From: Desulfobacterales bacterium
GTDB lineage: Bacteria; Desulfobacterota; Desulfobacteria; Desulfobacterales; ETH-SRB1
DNA length: 59,714 nucleotides
Direction: 5' to 3'
NCBI GenBank assembly: GCA_030610995.1
Contig: JAUWQO010000005.1
Location: forward strand, 1-59,714
Shown here: positions 38,378 to 47,217 of the stretch, one piece after another
Position numbering within the stretch: the stretch's first letter is position 1
Layout: the number at the start of each line of letters is the position of its first letter
Notes under the pieces: generated by a model
Told to the model about the DNA's origin: nothing
Database searches by the model: none
The model's input: only the letters and a program-made list of their open reading frames with translations
Made by a program: the position numbers and the translations under genes

Positions 38378-38581
38378 TTTTCTTTTTTCTTAAACCATCA
38401 GCGATTGGAAGCAAAAATATCTTTAATTTTTAAATATACCAAAAAAATTCACTTTGGTAAAGATTTTAAAAATTTATTCATGTAAATTTTCAGATTCTCA
38501 CGCACGTGTAGCGCAGGCGCTTGCGCCGCGTGAAGGCGCCAAGCTCGCAAAGAAAAAATAAAACTTAGCCTCTTAGTCCGC

Positions 38582-38759
38582 CCTTTACCCATAAGTGTTG
38601 AGACATGCTTTTATCCTTAATTAACAATTAGTTATTAACAATTGATTATTGATTATTTATTTTATGTTTTTATATTTATGCCCAAAAAGCCAATAATAAT
38701 AGTTAATAATCAATTGATAACTGTTAATTGCTAATGGAGAGATAACTTATGGGTAAAGG
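38582..38759. mobile_element. MITE-like element with perfect 15 bp terminal inverted repeats enclosing heptamer arrays
   Basis: CCTTTACCCATAAGT ... ACTTATGGGTAAAGG; CTTAGTCCGCC occurs on both sides. Confidence 0.7.
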
Positions 38760-39322
38760 CCAGTCTTAGTCCGCCAAAGTACTCTGGCGGATTGGCGGAT
38801 GAGGCAATATTGTTAAAATAGTGTTATTCTCCAAATTTATGCTCGACTTTGACGTTGACGTAGGACATTGCTGATTCCGTCTTGACAAATTGAAAGCTAA
38901 CATACTATTCACTAATGTGATCGGTTTCAGGTTCAGAATTCAAGCCTGCCCTGGCGCGACTTGATATGCATTCTTGGCGCGATCTCGTTGAATGCTGCGT
39001 CAGAAGTTTCTACGCAATGGGACAGGAAAGCCAGGTCTGGGCCAGGGGTTCAAAGGTTATAGCCTACTGATATCCTTAACTTTATAACACAATGCTCAGA
39101 TTAGTCTCTTTCACCCATTGGGTGAAACATAACATGCGCCCCTATTAGGGCCTTCGGCCACCTTTAGCCAATGGCTAATAGCCAATAGTTAAAGGTAAAG
39201 CAAAGCTTTCCAGGGCTCTTCAACCGCGAACCGTGAACGTTGAACCGCTATTTTACAAACCCTTTCAGCCCCCTGGAATTGATAAAGAAAGTAGAAGAGA
39301 TACTTGGATATAGGAAGATTTT

Positions 39323-40153
39323 ATGGGAATCAATAAATATGATGCCAAATACTCTGATGCTGATCAACTGAAAAAATTTGCGGATGATCTTGTCAAGATT
39401 TATAAATCTGAAAAACAAAAACGAAAAGAGCTCGAAGCTACCAATTTGCAACTTATCAAATACGGCCATGACCTGAACAGGTCGGTTTCAGAACTTAAAG
39501 CCGCCAACCTTGAACTCCAAAAAGCCTACCTTGACACCATTTACCGGCTTGTAATAGCGGCTGAATACAAGGACGAAGACACAGGCGATCACATTATCCG
39601 CATAGGTCATTACAGCTCGTTGATAGCCGAAAAACTTGGAATGTCGGACGCAAAGACTAAAGATATGCTCTATGCGGCGCCCATGCATGATATTGGAAAA
39701 ATCGGCATTCCAGACCATATACTATTAAAACCGGGCAGATTGACTGATGAAGAATTTGATATCATTAAAACTCATACCATTATAGGGGCAAAGATTCTAT
39801 CAAATTCCAATTCAAAAATAATAATACTTGCAGAGCAGATAGCCCTTTCCCATCATGAAAAATGGAATGGCCAGGGATATCCCAATGGTATTTCCGGCAA
39901 CAATATTCCTCTGGAAGCCAGGATTGTAGCCATAGCAGATGGCTTTGACGCTCTGACATCAAAACGCCCTTACAAGAAGACTTTCTCCGTGGAAACTGCA
40001 ATAAACATTATGAAAAAAGAACGAGGGCAACATTTTGACCCTGATATACTGGATATATTTCTGGCAAATATGGATGAAATTATAAAAATCAGAGCCAGCG
40101 TTAAAAAAGATAATTTTTCACTTTTAGATTACATCTGGGATGAAAGTGATTAG
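39323..40153 (+). CDS. HD-GYP cyclic dinucleotide phosphodiesterase with N-terminal coiled coil
   Basis: DTGDH, MHDIGKIGIPD, HHEKWNGQGYP, RPYK. Confidence 0.93.
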   Translation: MGINKYDAKYSDADQLKKFADDLVKIYKSEKQKRKELEATNLQLIKYGHDLNRSVSELKAANLELQKAYLDTIYRLVIAAEYKDEDTGDHIIRIGHYSSLIAEKLGMSDAKTKDMLYAAPMHDIGKIGIPDHILLKPGRLTDEEFDIIKTHTIIGAKILSNSNSKIIILAEQIALSHHEKWNGQGYPNGISGNNIPLEARIVAIADGFDALTSKRPYKKTFSVETAINIMKKERGQHFDPDILDIFLANMDEIIKIRASVKKDNFSLLDYIWDESD

Positions 40154-40209
40154 ATTTCACCTGTTGTAGTGTTTTAGACAAGGTTGATGAAAATAAGTAG
40201 CCGTTCACG

Positions 40210-40340
40210 GCTTGAAACTTGAAATTGGAAAGTAGAAATTTGGGAGAGATTAAAATAGAAATTGGAAAGTAGAAATTGGGAAGAACAGTACAAATACAAA
40301 AGCATGAAGGCCAAATTTCCAATTTCTATTTTCCAATTTC
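40210..40340. repeat. Inverted heptamer arrays (GAAATTG/GAAAGTA vs CAATTTC)
   Basis: ttgaaacttgaaattggaaagtagaaatt ... aatttccaatttctattttccaatttc. Confidence 0.7.
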
Positions 40341-40379
40341 AACGTTCCGTAAACGCTTACAAAAGTAAGGATAGCTGTT

Positions 40380-42014
40380 TTGCATACATTTAACAACAAA
40401 AAAAATATAGGACGGTGGACGCAGGGAAAGACTGAACCTGAACTCGGAGATGATGCGGTTAAAAAAGCGATCCGCCGGGTTTCAGAACCTGTATTTCTGC
40501 TGAACATGGACGGCCGGCTTGCTGTAGGCAGGGGCGGAACAATTACTATCGGCGATTTAACGGAGGCATACCCGGGGGCTCATCCTCTTTGCGGATTTGC
40601 GCCGCCGTTCCATCCTGAAAATCTGGGCGATCCTTATTTCAAAAAAAGACACAATCTTCGCTACGCCTATATCGCCGGCGCCATGGCTAATGGAATCAGC
40701 TCTGTCAGAATGGTTCAAGAAACCGGCCGCGCACAAATGCTGGGATTTTTCGGCGCCGCGGGCCTTTCTTTGGATAAAATAGAGGCCGCAATCTACAGCC
40801 TTAAAGAACACAACTTGCCGTTTGGTTTTAATCTTATACACAGCCCCAACGAACCTGAACTCGAGGCCGAAGTTGTAAATCTCTACTTAAAGCATGGAAT
40901 AAGGCTCATCAGCGCCTCTGCATATCTTAACCTTACTCTGCCCCTTGTTTACTTCCGTGTGCATGGAATCCATAATGACCAAAGCGGCAATATAGTATGT
41001 CCAAACAGGATAATTGCTAAAGTATCACGGGTTGAGGTCGCTGGAAAATTCCTTTCACCTCCGCCGGAAAAACTTCTGGCCCAGCTTGTAGAAAGAAAAA
41101 TGATTACAACACAGGAAGCAGCCCTTGCAGCTTCGATCCCTATGGCCGAGGATCTGACGGCAGAAGCCGATTCCGGCGGCCATACAGACAACAAGCCGGC
41201 TATTACACTATTGCCTACCATGCTTGCACTCCGTAATGAAATCGCCAAAAAATACAAGTATTTAACTCCGCTTTGCGTGGGGCTTGGCGGAGGAATCGCA
41301 ACCCCTTATTCAACGGCCGCGGCATTTGCAATGGGCGCTGCCTATATTCTAACCGGCTCCATCAACCAATGCTGTATTGAAGCCGGCACATCGGAAACAG
41401 TTCGCAAAATGCTTTCAGAAGCCGGCCAGGCGGATGTAACCATGGCGCCGGCTGCGGATATGTTTGAAATGGGAGTAAAAGTTCAGGTATTAAAACGAGG
41501 AACCATGTTTCCTTTCCGCGCCTTGAAGCTTTACGATCTTTACAGCATACACGAAAGTTATGAAAGCATACCTGAAAAGCAAAGGCGGGTTCTGGAACAA
41601 GACTTTTTCCGTTGCAGTTTTGAAGAAAGCTGGAACCAGACAAAAGGCTTTTTCCTCAAACGTGATCCAAAACAGATCGAGCTGGCTGAAAAGAATCCTA
41701 AGCACAAGATGGCCCTTGTTTTTCGATCCTATCTGGGACAAAGTTCGACCTGGGCAACAACAGGAGATCCTTCACGAAAAATGGATTACCAGATTTGGTG
41801 CGGCCCTGCTATAGGCGCCTTTAATGAATGGGTAAAAGGATCATTACTCGAAAAAGCGGAAAACCGCAAAACAGTCGCGATTGCGATGAATCTTCTTTAT
41901 GGCGCCTCAGTTGCGACACGAGCCAACCTGCTTCGCAGCTATGGGGTAACACTACCGGCAGATGCCGGCAGCTTCTCTCCCATGGACCTTTCCAAAATAT
42001 ACAGGCTTCTATAA
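40380..42014 (+). CDS. pfaD: PfaD-family enoyl reductase (PUFA/polyketide synthase)
   Basis: GAMANGISS, IAKVSRVEVA, AEADSGGHTDN, MAPAADMFEMGVKVQVLKRGTMF, DYQIWCGPA. Confidence 0.95.
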   Translation: MHTFNNKKNIGRWTQGKTEPELGDDAVKKAIRRVSEPVFLLNMDGRLAVGRGGTITIGDLTEAYPGAHPLCGFAPPFHPENLGDPYFKKRHNLRYAYIAGAMANGISSVRMVQETGRAQMLGFFGAAGLSLDKIEAAIYSLKEHNLPFGFNLIHSPNEPELEAEVVNLYLKHGIRLISASAYLNLTLPLVYFRVHGIHNDQSGNIVCPNRIIAKVSRVEVAGKFLSPPPEKLLAQLVERKMITTQEAALAASIPMAEDLTAEADSGGHTDNKPAITLLPTMLALRNEIAKKYKYLTPLCVGLGGGIATPYSTAAAFAMGAAYILTGSINQCCIEAGTSETVRKMLSEAGQADVTMAPAADMFEMGVKVQVLKRGTMFPFRALKLYDLYSIHESYESIPEKQRRVLEQDFFRCSFEESWNQTKGFFLKRDPKQIELAEKNPKHKMALVFRSYLGQSSTWATTGDPSRKMDYQIWCGPAIGAFNEWVKGSLLEKAENRKTVAIAMNLLYGASVATRANLLRSYGVTLPADAGSFSPMDLSKIYRLL

Positions 42015-42019
42015 CCGCT

Positions 42020-42285
42020 TTGGATTGATGTTTGATGATTGATGATTGATGGAATCGCTTCGCCCTGCCCGCCACCTGCCCGCAATGCCTCTATTTCGCA
42101 CGACTTAGTATTTCCGCTTTGTTCCTCTGTGGGCATAACGAATAAAATGAATAGGACATATTTTCAATGCATGGCAGGCGGGTCGCGAGCCATATTCAAT
42201 GCTCTTCGTCTTTTTGTTGCCTTGCTCAGGCGAGGCAGGCGGGTCTATCTTTTCAATCGACAATCATCAATCGACAATCATCAAT
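42020..42285. repeat. Inverted ATCAATC heptamer arrays enclosing CCTGCC...GGCAGG palindromes
   Basis: gattgatgtttgatgattgatgattga (42024-42049) versus tcaatcgacaatcatcaatcgacaatcatcaatc (~42253-42286); inner cctgcccgc...ggcaggcggg. Confidence 0.75.
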
Positions 42286-42288
42286 CCT

Positions 42289-42855
42289 TCACCTATTTAG
42301 CCCCAGCCTTTCTAATAATTTATTGCGAACCCCTGTAATATTTAACATTTTAACCTTAATTGTATCCGGACCCGTCGCCTTCTTATCGGGTTGTTTAATC
42401 ATTGTTTCCACATAGAGCTCTTCACGCACCTGACACCCTTTGTAATCCACAGGCCTGTCAGAAATTATCCCCCTGGTTTTATAATAAAAATCGAGGTGTT
42501 CTACGGATAGGTTGTTTTCATAAATATAAATAATATATCTACAAATCACATTATTTATAATATCTGAAGTTTTTGAGTCCCCCTTATCAAGAAAATAAAA
42601 TCCATTATCCACAAGCCAGCCATGCAAATCTTTCAATATTTGCTTTGTCTCCGGAATTGTGAATTTCATATAAGCCACCAGATAGCCGCCAAGAAAGACT
42701 GTAAAAACGCTATCAGGAGTGTATTGCCTTGCATATCCGGATTGCATCCCGCCTAAAGGATCAGGAGGGAGAAATTCCCTTGACCACCTCTTCCACCTGG
42801 CAAGGTTTATTTCCAATTTCCTTGACAATTCTCTGTTTGTATAATATTTTATCAT
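42289..42855 (-). CDS. Hypothetical protein with probable N-terminal MerR-like HTH
   Basis: YTNRELSRKLEINLARWKRWSREF...GYARQY pattern. Confidence 0.7.
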   Translation of the reverse strand: MIKYYTNRELSRKLEINLARWKRWSREFLPPDPLGGMQSGYARQYTPDSVFTVFLGGYLVAYMKFTIPETKQILKDLHGWLVDNGFYFLDKGDSKTSDIINNVICRYIIYIYENNLSVEHLDFYYKTRGIISDRPVDYKGCQVREELYVETMIKQPDKKATGPDTIKVKMLNITGVRNKLLERLGLNR

Positions 42856-42942
42856 AATTCCTTCTTGATTAATTGTTATATCAATATAACAACTTTGTCA
42901 AGCTCTTGCAAATGTTTTTTTATGAATTATTATAATAATAAT

Positions 42943-43234
42943 TTAGCCACAGATTCACCCCAGTACGATCATCCTGACCTACGGGGCAGGCACAGATGAA
43001 CTCAGATAGGTTTAAATACAAAGAAACCACTGAGGAAGGGGAATTATTGACGATTGAAAATTGACGATTGAAAATTTGTGGAATTGCTCCCGCCGTGCTC
43101 GCGCACCGTCGCGGCAGGTCGCTCTGTTTCTTTTTAAAAATTGATAGAATTCCTTCAATATTCAATCGACAATATTAAATTTTCAATATTATAATCCCTG
43201 TCTGCCGCAGGCAAGTTGGTGTCTTTGTGGCTAA
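42943..43234. repeat. Nested palindromic element upstream of pfaA
   Basis: Outer TTAGCCAC...GTGGCTAA; inner ttgacgattgaaaattgacgattgaaaa versus ttcaatattcaatcgacaat; several CCTG...CAGG inserts. Confidence 0.7.
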
Positions 43235-43282
43235 CCTATTGCAAATATAGTTATTTAAGTTTTGTAAAAAAAGGAATAATAA

Positions 43283-46200
43283 TTGAAACCAACTGAAAAT
43301 ATAAACAACCAAAATATTCCGATCGCCATTATCGGCATTGGATGCTTTTTCCCAAAATCTCCGGGATTAAAAGAATATTGGCGCTTAATATTTCAAGGCG
43401 AAGACGGCATAACCGAAGTTCCAAAATCACACTGGAATCCTGAAGATTACTTTAACAAAAATCCAAAAGAACCAGACCATGTTTACTGCAGACGGGGCGG
43501 TTTTCTTTCCCCTGTTTCATTTGACCCAACCGAATTCGGCATTCCTCCGTCTTCCATTGAAGCAACAGACACTTCACAGATTCTCAGCCTCATGGCCGCA
43601 AAAACAGCTCTTGATGACGCAGGTTACTGGAAAAACAAAAACTTCAACAGGGATAAAACAAGCGTAATATTAGGAATAACCGGAACCCAGGAGCTTGTTA
43701 TCCCACTGGGAGCAAGACTTGGATATCCAAAATGGCGCAAGGCTCTTCTTGATTCAGGAATCTCTGCTGAAAAGGCCCAAGAAATAATTGAGCGAATATC
43801 CGATTCATATGTATCGTGGCAGGAAAACTCCTTCCCAGGTCTTCTTGGGAATGTCGTGGCAGGAAGAATATGCAACCGACTCGACCTGGGGGGCACTAAC
43901 TGCGTGGTTGACGCTGCCTGCGCCAGCTCGATGAGCGCGATACACCTTGCGGTGATGGAACTCATGTCGGGCCGTTCAGACATGGCTCTCACCGGTGGAG
44001 TGGATACTTTAAACGATATCTTTATGCACATGTGCTTTTCCAAAACACATATCTTGTCTCCCACGGAAGACATCAGGCCTTTTTCAAGGGATGCGGACGG
44101 AACCGTGCTTGGAGAAGGGGTCGGGATAGTTATTCTTAAAAGACTCAAAGATGCCAAACAGGACGGCGACAAAATTTACGCTGTAATAAAGGGCGTTGGC
44201 TCGTCAAGCGACGGCAAATCGCAGAGCATATATGCGCCCAAGGCCGAAGGACAGGCAAAAGCGATTCGCGCGGCTTATATGAACGCTGGAATAGATCCTG
44301 CCACTGTCGGCCTGATCGAAGCTCACGGCACAGGCACCAAGGTCGGGGACATTGTAGAGTTTCAATCGCTATGCAAGGTCTTTGGCGAATCAAACAAAAA
44401 TAAAAACATATCATCCAATATTCTTAATTCCGGCAAGTGCGCTCTCGGATCAGTCAAGTCGATGATCGGCCACACCAAGGCTGCGGCCGGAGCAGCCGGT
44501 CTGATTAAGGCTGCGTTGTCTCTTTATCACAAGGCCCTGCCGCCGACATTAAAAGCCGATAACCCTGATCCGGAATTAAGGATAGATGAATCCCCTTTTT
44601 ATTTAAACACAAAAACCAGGCCATGGCTTTCAAAAAAGGGGCATCCGCGCCGCGCGGGTGTCAGCGCTTTTGGATTTGGCGGAAGTAATTTTCATATTCT
44701 TGTCGAAGAGCACAAGCCTAAAAAAAGAAATATCTCCTGGGATGGATCAATCGAAATCGTTGCCCTGTCCGCTTCAAGCAAAAACGGGCTTTTTAAACTC
44801 GTCGGCGCCATGAAAAACTCCATTGACAAAGGAATCTCAAATAAAGAGTTTACAAAAACAGCCGCTGATACCAGGACCGATTTTTCATTTAATGACAGGC
44901 ACAGGCTTTTGTTTGTCATCAAACAGACTCTTGATTCTTCCGCATACACATCCAGGCCTTTTGACGAGGCATTAAACGCGCTTAGCGCAAACAATCGGAA
45001 AGGGGCATGGAACCTGCAAAATATCTATTATGGAGGCCCTGATTATATCAACCCTGAAAACCGCGGTAAAATCGCATTTATGTTTCCAGGCCAGGGCAGT
45101 CAATATACGCAAATGGGACGCGACCTTGTTTGCTGCTTTCCGGAAGCCCTTGAGGTCATAGAAATTGCAAACAGCAAATATAACAATACCGGCTATCTGT
45201 CCGATTATATCTATCCTTTTCCGGCTCAAACAGATAAAGATGCTTTAAAAAACACGGATATCGCCCAGCCGGCCATCGGTGCGGTAAGCCTGGCAATGCT
45301 TAACATCCTTCAAGGATTCGGAATAAAGCCTGATGCCGCATGCGGACACAGCTATGGGGAACTGCCTGCCCTTTATGCCGCAGGATGGATGGACATCAAC
45401 ACTCTTTTTGACCTTTCAATCGCCCGCGGTAATTTAATGGCCTCGGCTGGACGCAATAAAGATGACAGCGGTACAATGCTGGCAGTAAAGGCGCCGATCA
45501 ACGAACTTGAGGACCTGATTAACGGCTCGGAAACAGGCGTAATCCTTGCCAATAGAAACAGTCCAAACCAGGGAGTTCTATCCGGTCCTGTTGAGTCAAT
45601 TGCCCTGGCGGACAAGATATGCAGACAAAAAGGGTTTAAAACAATAAAACTTTCCGTGTCCGCCGCTTTTCACAGCACCCTGGTAAAGGATGCCCAGAAG
45701 CCGTTTGCCCGGCAAGTGCAAAATGCAGATATTGTTCCATCAAAGGTGCCTGTCTTTTCCAATACAACCGGAATGCCGTACCCTGCCGATTCCGACAAGG
45801 CAAAGGAACTGCTTGGCAGACAAATCTTACGTCCGGTTAATTTTTTAAGCGAAATCGAAAATCTATTTAAAGCCGGTGTGCATACATTTGTGGAGATCGG
45901 CCCTAAATCGGTACTGACAGGTCTTGTTAAATCAATATTAATGGGACAAAATTTTCAGGCGGTTTCTATGGACAGCTCTTGCGGAAAAGGATCGGGAGTG
46001 ATGGATCTCGCTAAAACACTCAGCCTTTTAGCCTCTCTTGGTCATAATGTTAATTTAAACAGATGGGAAGATCCTGTCAGGGAAACGCAAAAACAGCTTA
46101 TGAGCATATCTGTTGCAGGAGCAAACTACAAGTCAAAGCCAAAACAAAGGGAAAAAACAACAAAAGATATTAAAAAGCTTACAACCGGAATACAGCCGCA

Positions 46201-47101
46201 AACTCAGACAAGTCAAAATACAGTTTCAACGCAAAACCACAATAAATCGGATAAAGCACAACAACCCGACCTGATTGCAGATGCTTTAAAAACGGTTCAG
46301 GAGGGGATGAAATCGATGCAGGCTCTTCAACTGCAAACTGCTGAAACTCATAAAAAATTTCTGGAAACCCAGTCAGAGGCAAGCCGCATGCTGCAAAATA
46401 TGATGGAAAATACCAGGCGCATGTCTGAAGCCTCCTTGGGACTTAAGCTGGAAACTGGAAACTGGAAATTGGAAACTGGAAGCCGGGAAGAAGCTGAAAG
46501 CTCAAAGCTGAAAGCTCAAAGCAAGTCGGAAGCTCAAATCTCAAAGCAGAAAGCTGGGAACCGAGAGTCAGAATCCGAAATCAACAATCAACAAGATGAG
46601 TCTGAGGTCGGAGGTCAGCAATCATCAACCATCAATCTTCAATCTTCAATCCGAAATAATATGCTCGAAGTAGTCAGCAGCCTCACAGGATATCCTGTTG
46701 AAATGCTCAACCTTGACATGGATATTGAAGCAGACCTTGGCATTGATTCCATAAAAAGGGTGGAAATACTTTCTACAATCGAAGAAAAAATGCCTGATCT
46801 GCCTTCTGTTTCACCTGAAATCATGGGCAAACTGAAAACGCTTGGCCAGATCGCAGAGTACTTGTGCAAAACCGCAAAACCTGATGCAAAACCCCAGGAT
46901 GCTGTGATAAAAGCTGAAAGCTCAAAGCAGAAAGCTGGGAACCGGGAGTCAGAATCCGAAATCAACAATCATCAATCATCAATCATCAATCATCAATCCA
47001 AAATAATATGCTCGAAGTGGTCAGCAGCCTCACAGGATATCCTGTTGAGATGCTTAATCTTGACATGGATATTGAAGCAGACCTCGGCATTGATTCCATA
47101 A
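43283..47101 (+). CDS. pfaA: PfaA-like iterative type I PKS/PUFA synthase, N-terminal part (KS-MAT-ACP); frameshifted
   Basis: KS DAACASS/EAHGTGT/IGHTK, MAT GHSYG, ACP LGIDSIKRVE. The frame is lost at ~46968-46995. Confidence 0.9.
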   Translation: MKPTENINNQNIPIAIIGIGCFFPKSPGLKEYWRLIFQGEDGITEVPKSHWNPEDYFNKNPKEPDHVYCRRGGFLSPVSFDPTEFGIPPSSIEATDTSQILSLMAAKTALDDAGYWKNKNFNRDKTSVILGITGTQELVIPLGARLGYPKWRKALLDSGISAEKAQEIIERISDSYVSWQENSFPGLLGNVVAGRICNRLDLGGTNCVVDAACASSMSAIHLAVMELMSGRSDMALTGGVDTLNDIFMHMCFSKTHILSPTEDIRPFSRDADGTVLGEGVGIVILKRLKDAKQDGDKIYAVIKGVGSSSDGKSQSIYAPKAEGQAKAIRAAYMNAGIDPATVGLIEAHGTGTKVGDIVEFQSLCKVFGESNKNKNISSNILNSGKCALGSVKSMIGHTKAAAGAAGLIKAALSLYHKALPPTLKADNPDPELRIDESPFYLNTKTRPWLSKKGHPRRAGVSAFGFGGSNFHILVEEHKPKKRNISWDGSIEIVALSASSKNGLFKLVGAMKNSIDKGISNKEFTKTAADTRTDFSFNDRHRLLFVIKQTLDSSAYTSRPFDEALNALSANNRKGAWNLQNIYYGGPDYINPENRGKIAFMFPGQGSQYTQMGRDLVCCFPEALEVIEIANSKYNNTGYLSDYIYPFPAQTDKDALKNTDIAQPAIGAVSLAMLNILQGFGIKPDAACGHSYGELPALYAAGWMDINTLFDLSIARGNLMASAGRNKDDSGTMLAVKAPINELEDLINGSETGVILANRNSPNQGVLSGPVESIALADKICRQKGFKTIKLSVSAAFHSTLVKDAQKPFARQVQNADIVPSKVPVFSNTTGMPYPADSDKAKELLGRQILRPVNFLSEIENLFKAGVHTFVEIGPKSVLTGLVKSILMGQNFQAVSMDSSCGKGSGVMDLAKTLSLLASLGHNVNLNRWEDPVRETQKQLMSISVAGANYKSKPKQREKTTKDIKKLTTGIQPQTQTSQNTVSTQNHNKSDKAQQPDLIADALKTVQEGMKSMQALQLQTAETHKKFLETQSEASRMLQNMMENTRRMSEASLGLKLETGNWKLETGSREEAESSKLKAQSKSEAQISKQKAGNRESESEINNQQDESEVGGQQSSTINLQSSIRNNMLEVVSSLTGYPVEMLNLDMDIEADLGIDSIKRVEILSTIEEKMPDLPSVSPEIMGKLKTLGQIAEYLCKTAKPDAKPQDAVIKAESSKQKAGNRESESEINNHQSSIINHQSKIICSKWSAASQDILLRCLILTWILKQTSALIP

Positions 47102-47217
47102 AAAGGGTAGAAATACTTTCCACAATCGAAGAAAAAATGCCTGATCTGCCTTCTGTTTCACCTGAAATCATGGGCAGACTGAAAACGCTTGGCCAGATCA
47201 CAGAGTACTTGTGCAAA
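46661..47217 (+). repeat. Near-identical tandem ACP-coding duplication (46661-46870 and 47008-47217)
   Basis: Both copies encode MLEVVSSLTGYPVEMLNLDMDIEADLGIDSIKRVEIL...YLCKT, with few nucleotide differences. Confidence 0.9.
46968..46995 (+). repeat. Simple sequence repeat (ATCATCA)4 at the pfaA frameshift
   Basis: atcaaca-(atcatca)4-atccaaa, counted directly. Confidence 0.9.

Noticed and set aside
38985-39060. Possible c-di-GMP-I riboswitch upstream of the HD-GYP gene (GGGACAGGAAAGCCAGGTCT)
   Set aside because: The GCAAA/GNRA P2 element cannot be found; an Rfam search would be needed.
42039-43165. ORFs 42039-42338, 42167-42415 and 42920-43165
   Set aside because: Made of repeat-derived peptides (NRQSSIDNHQS); likely non-coding.
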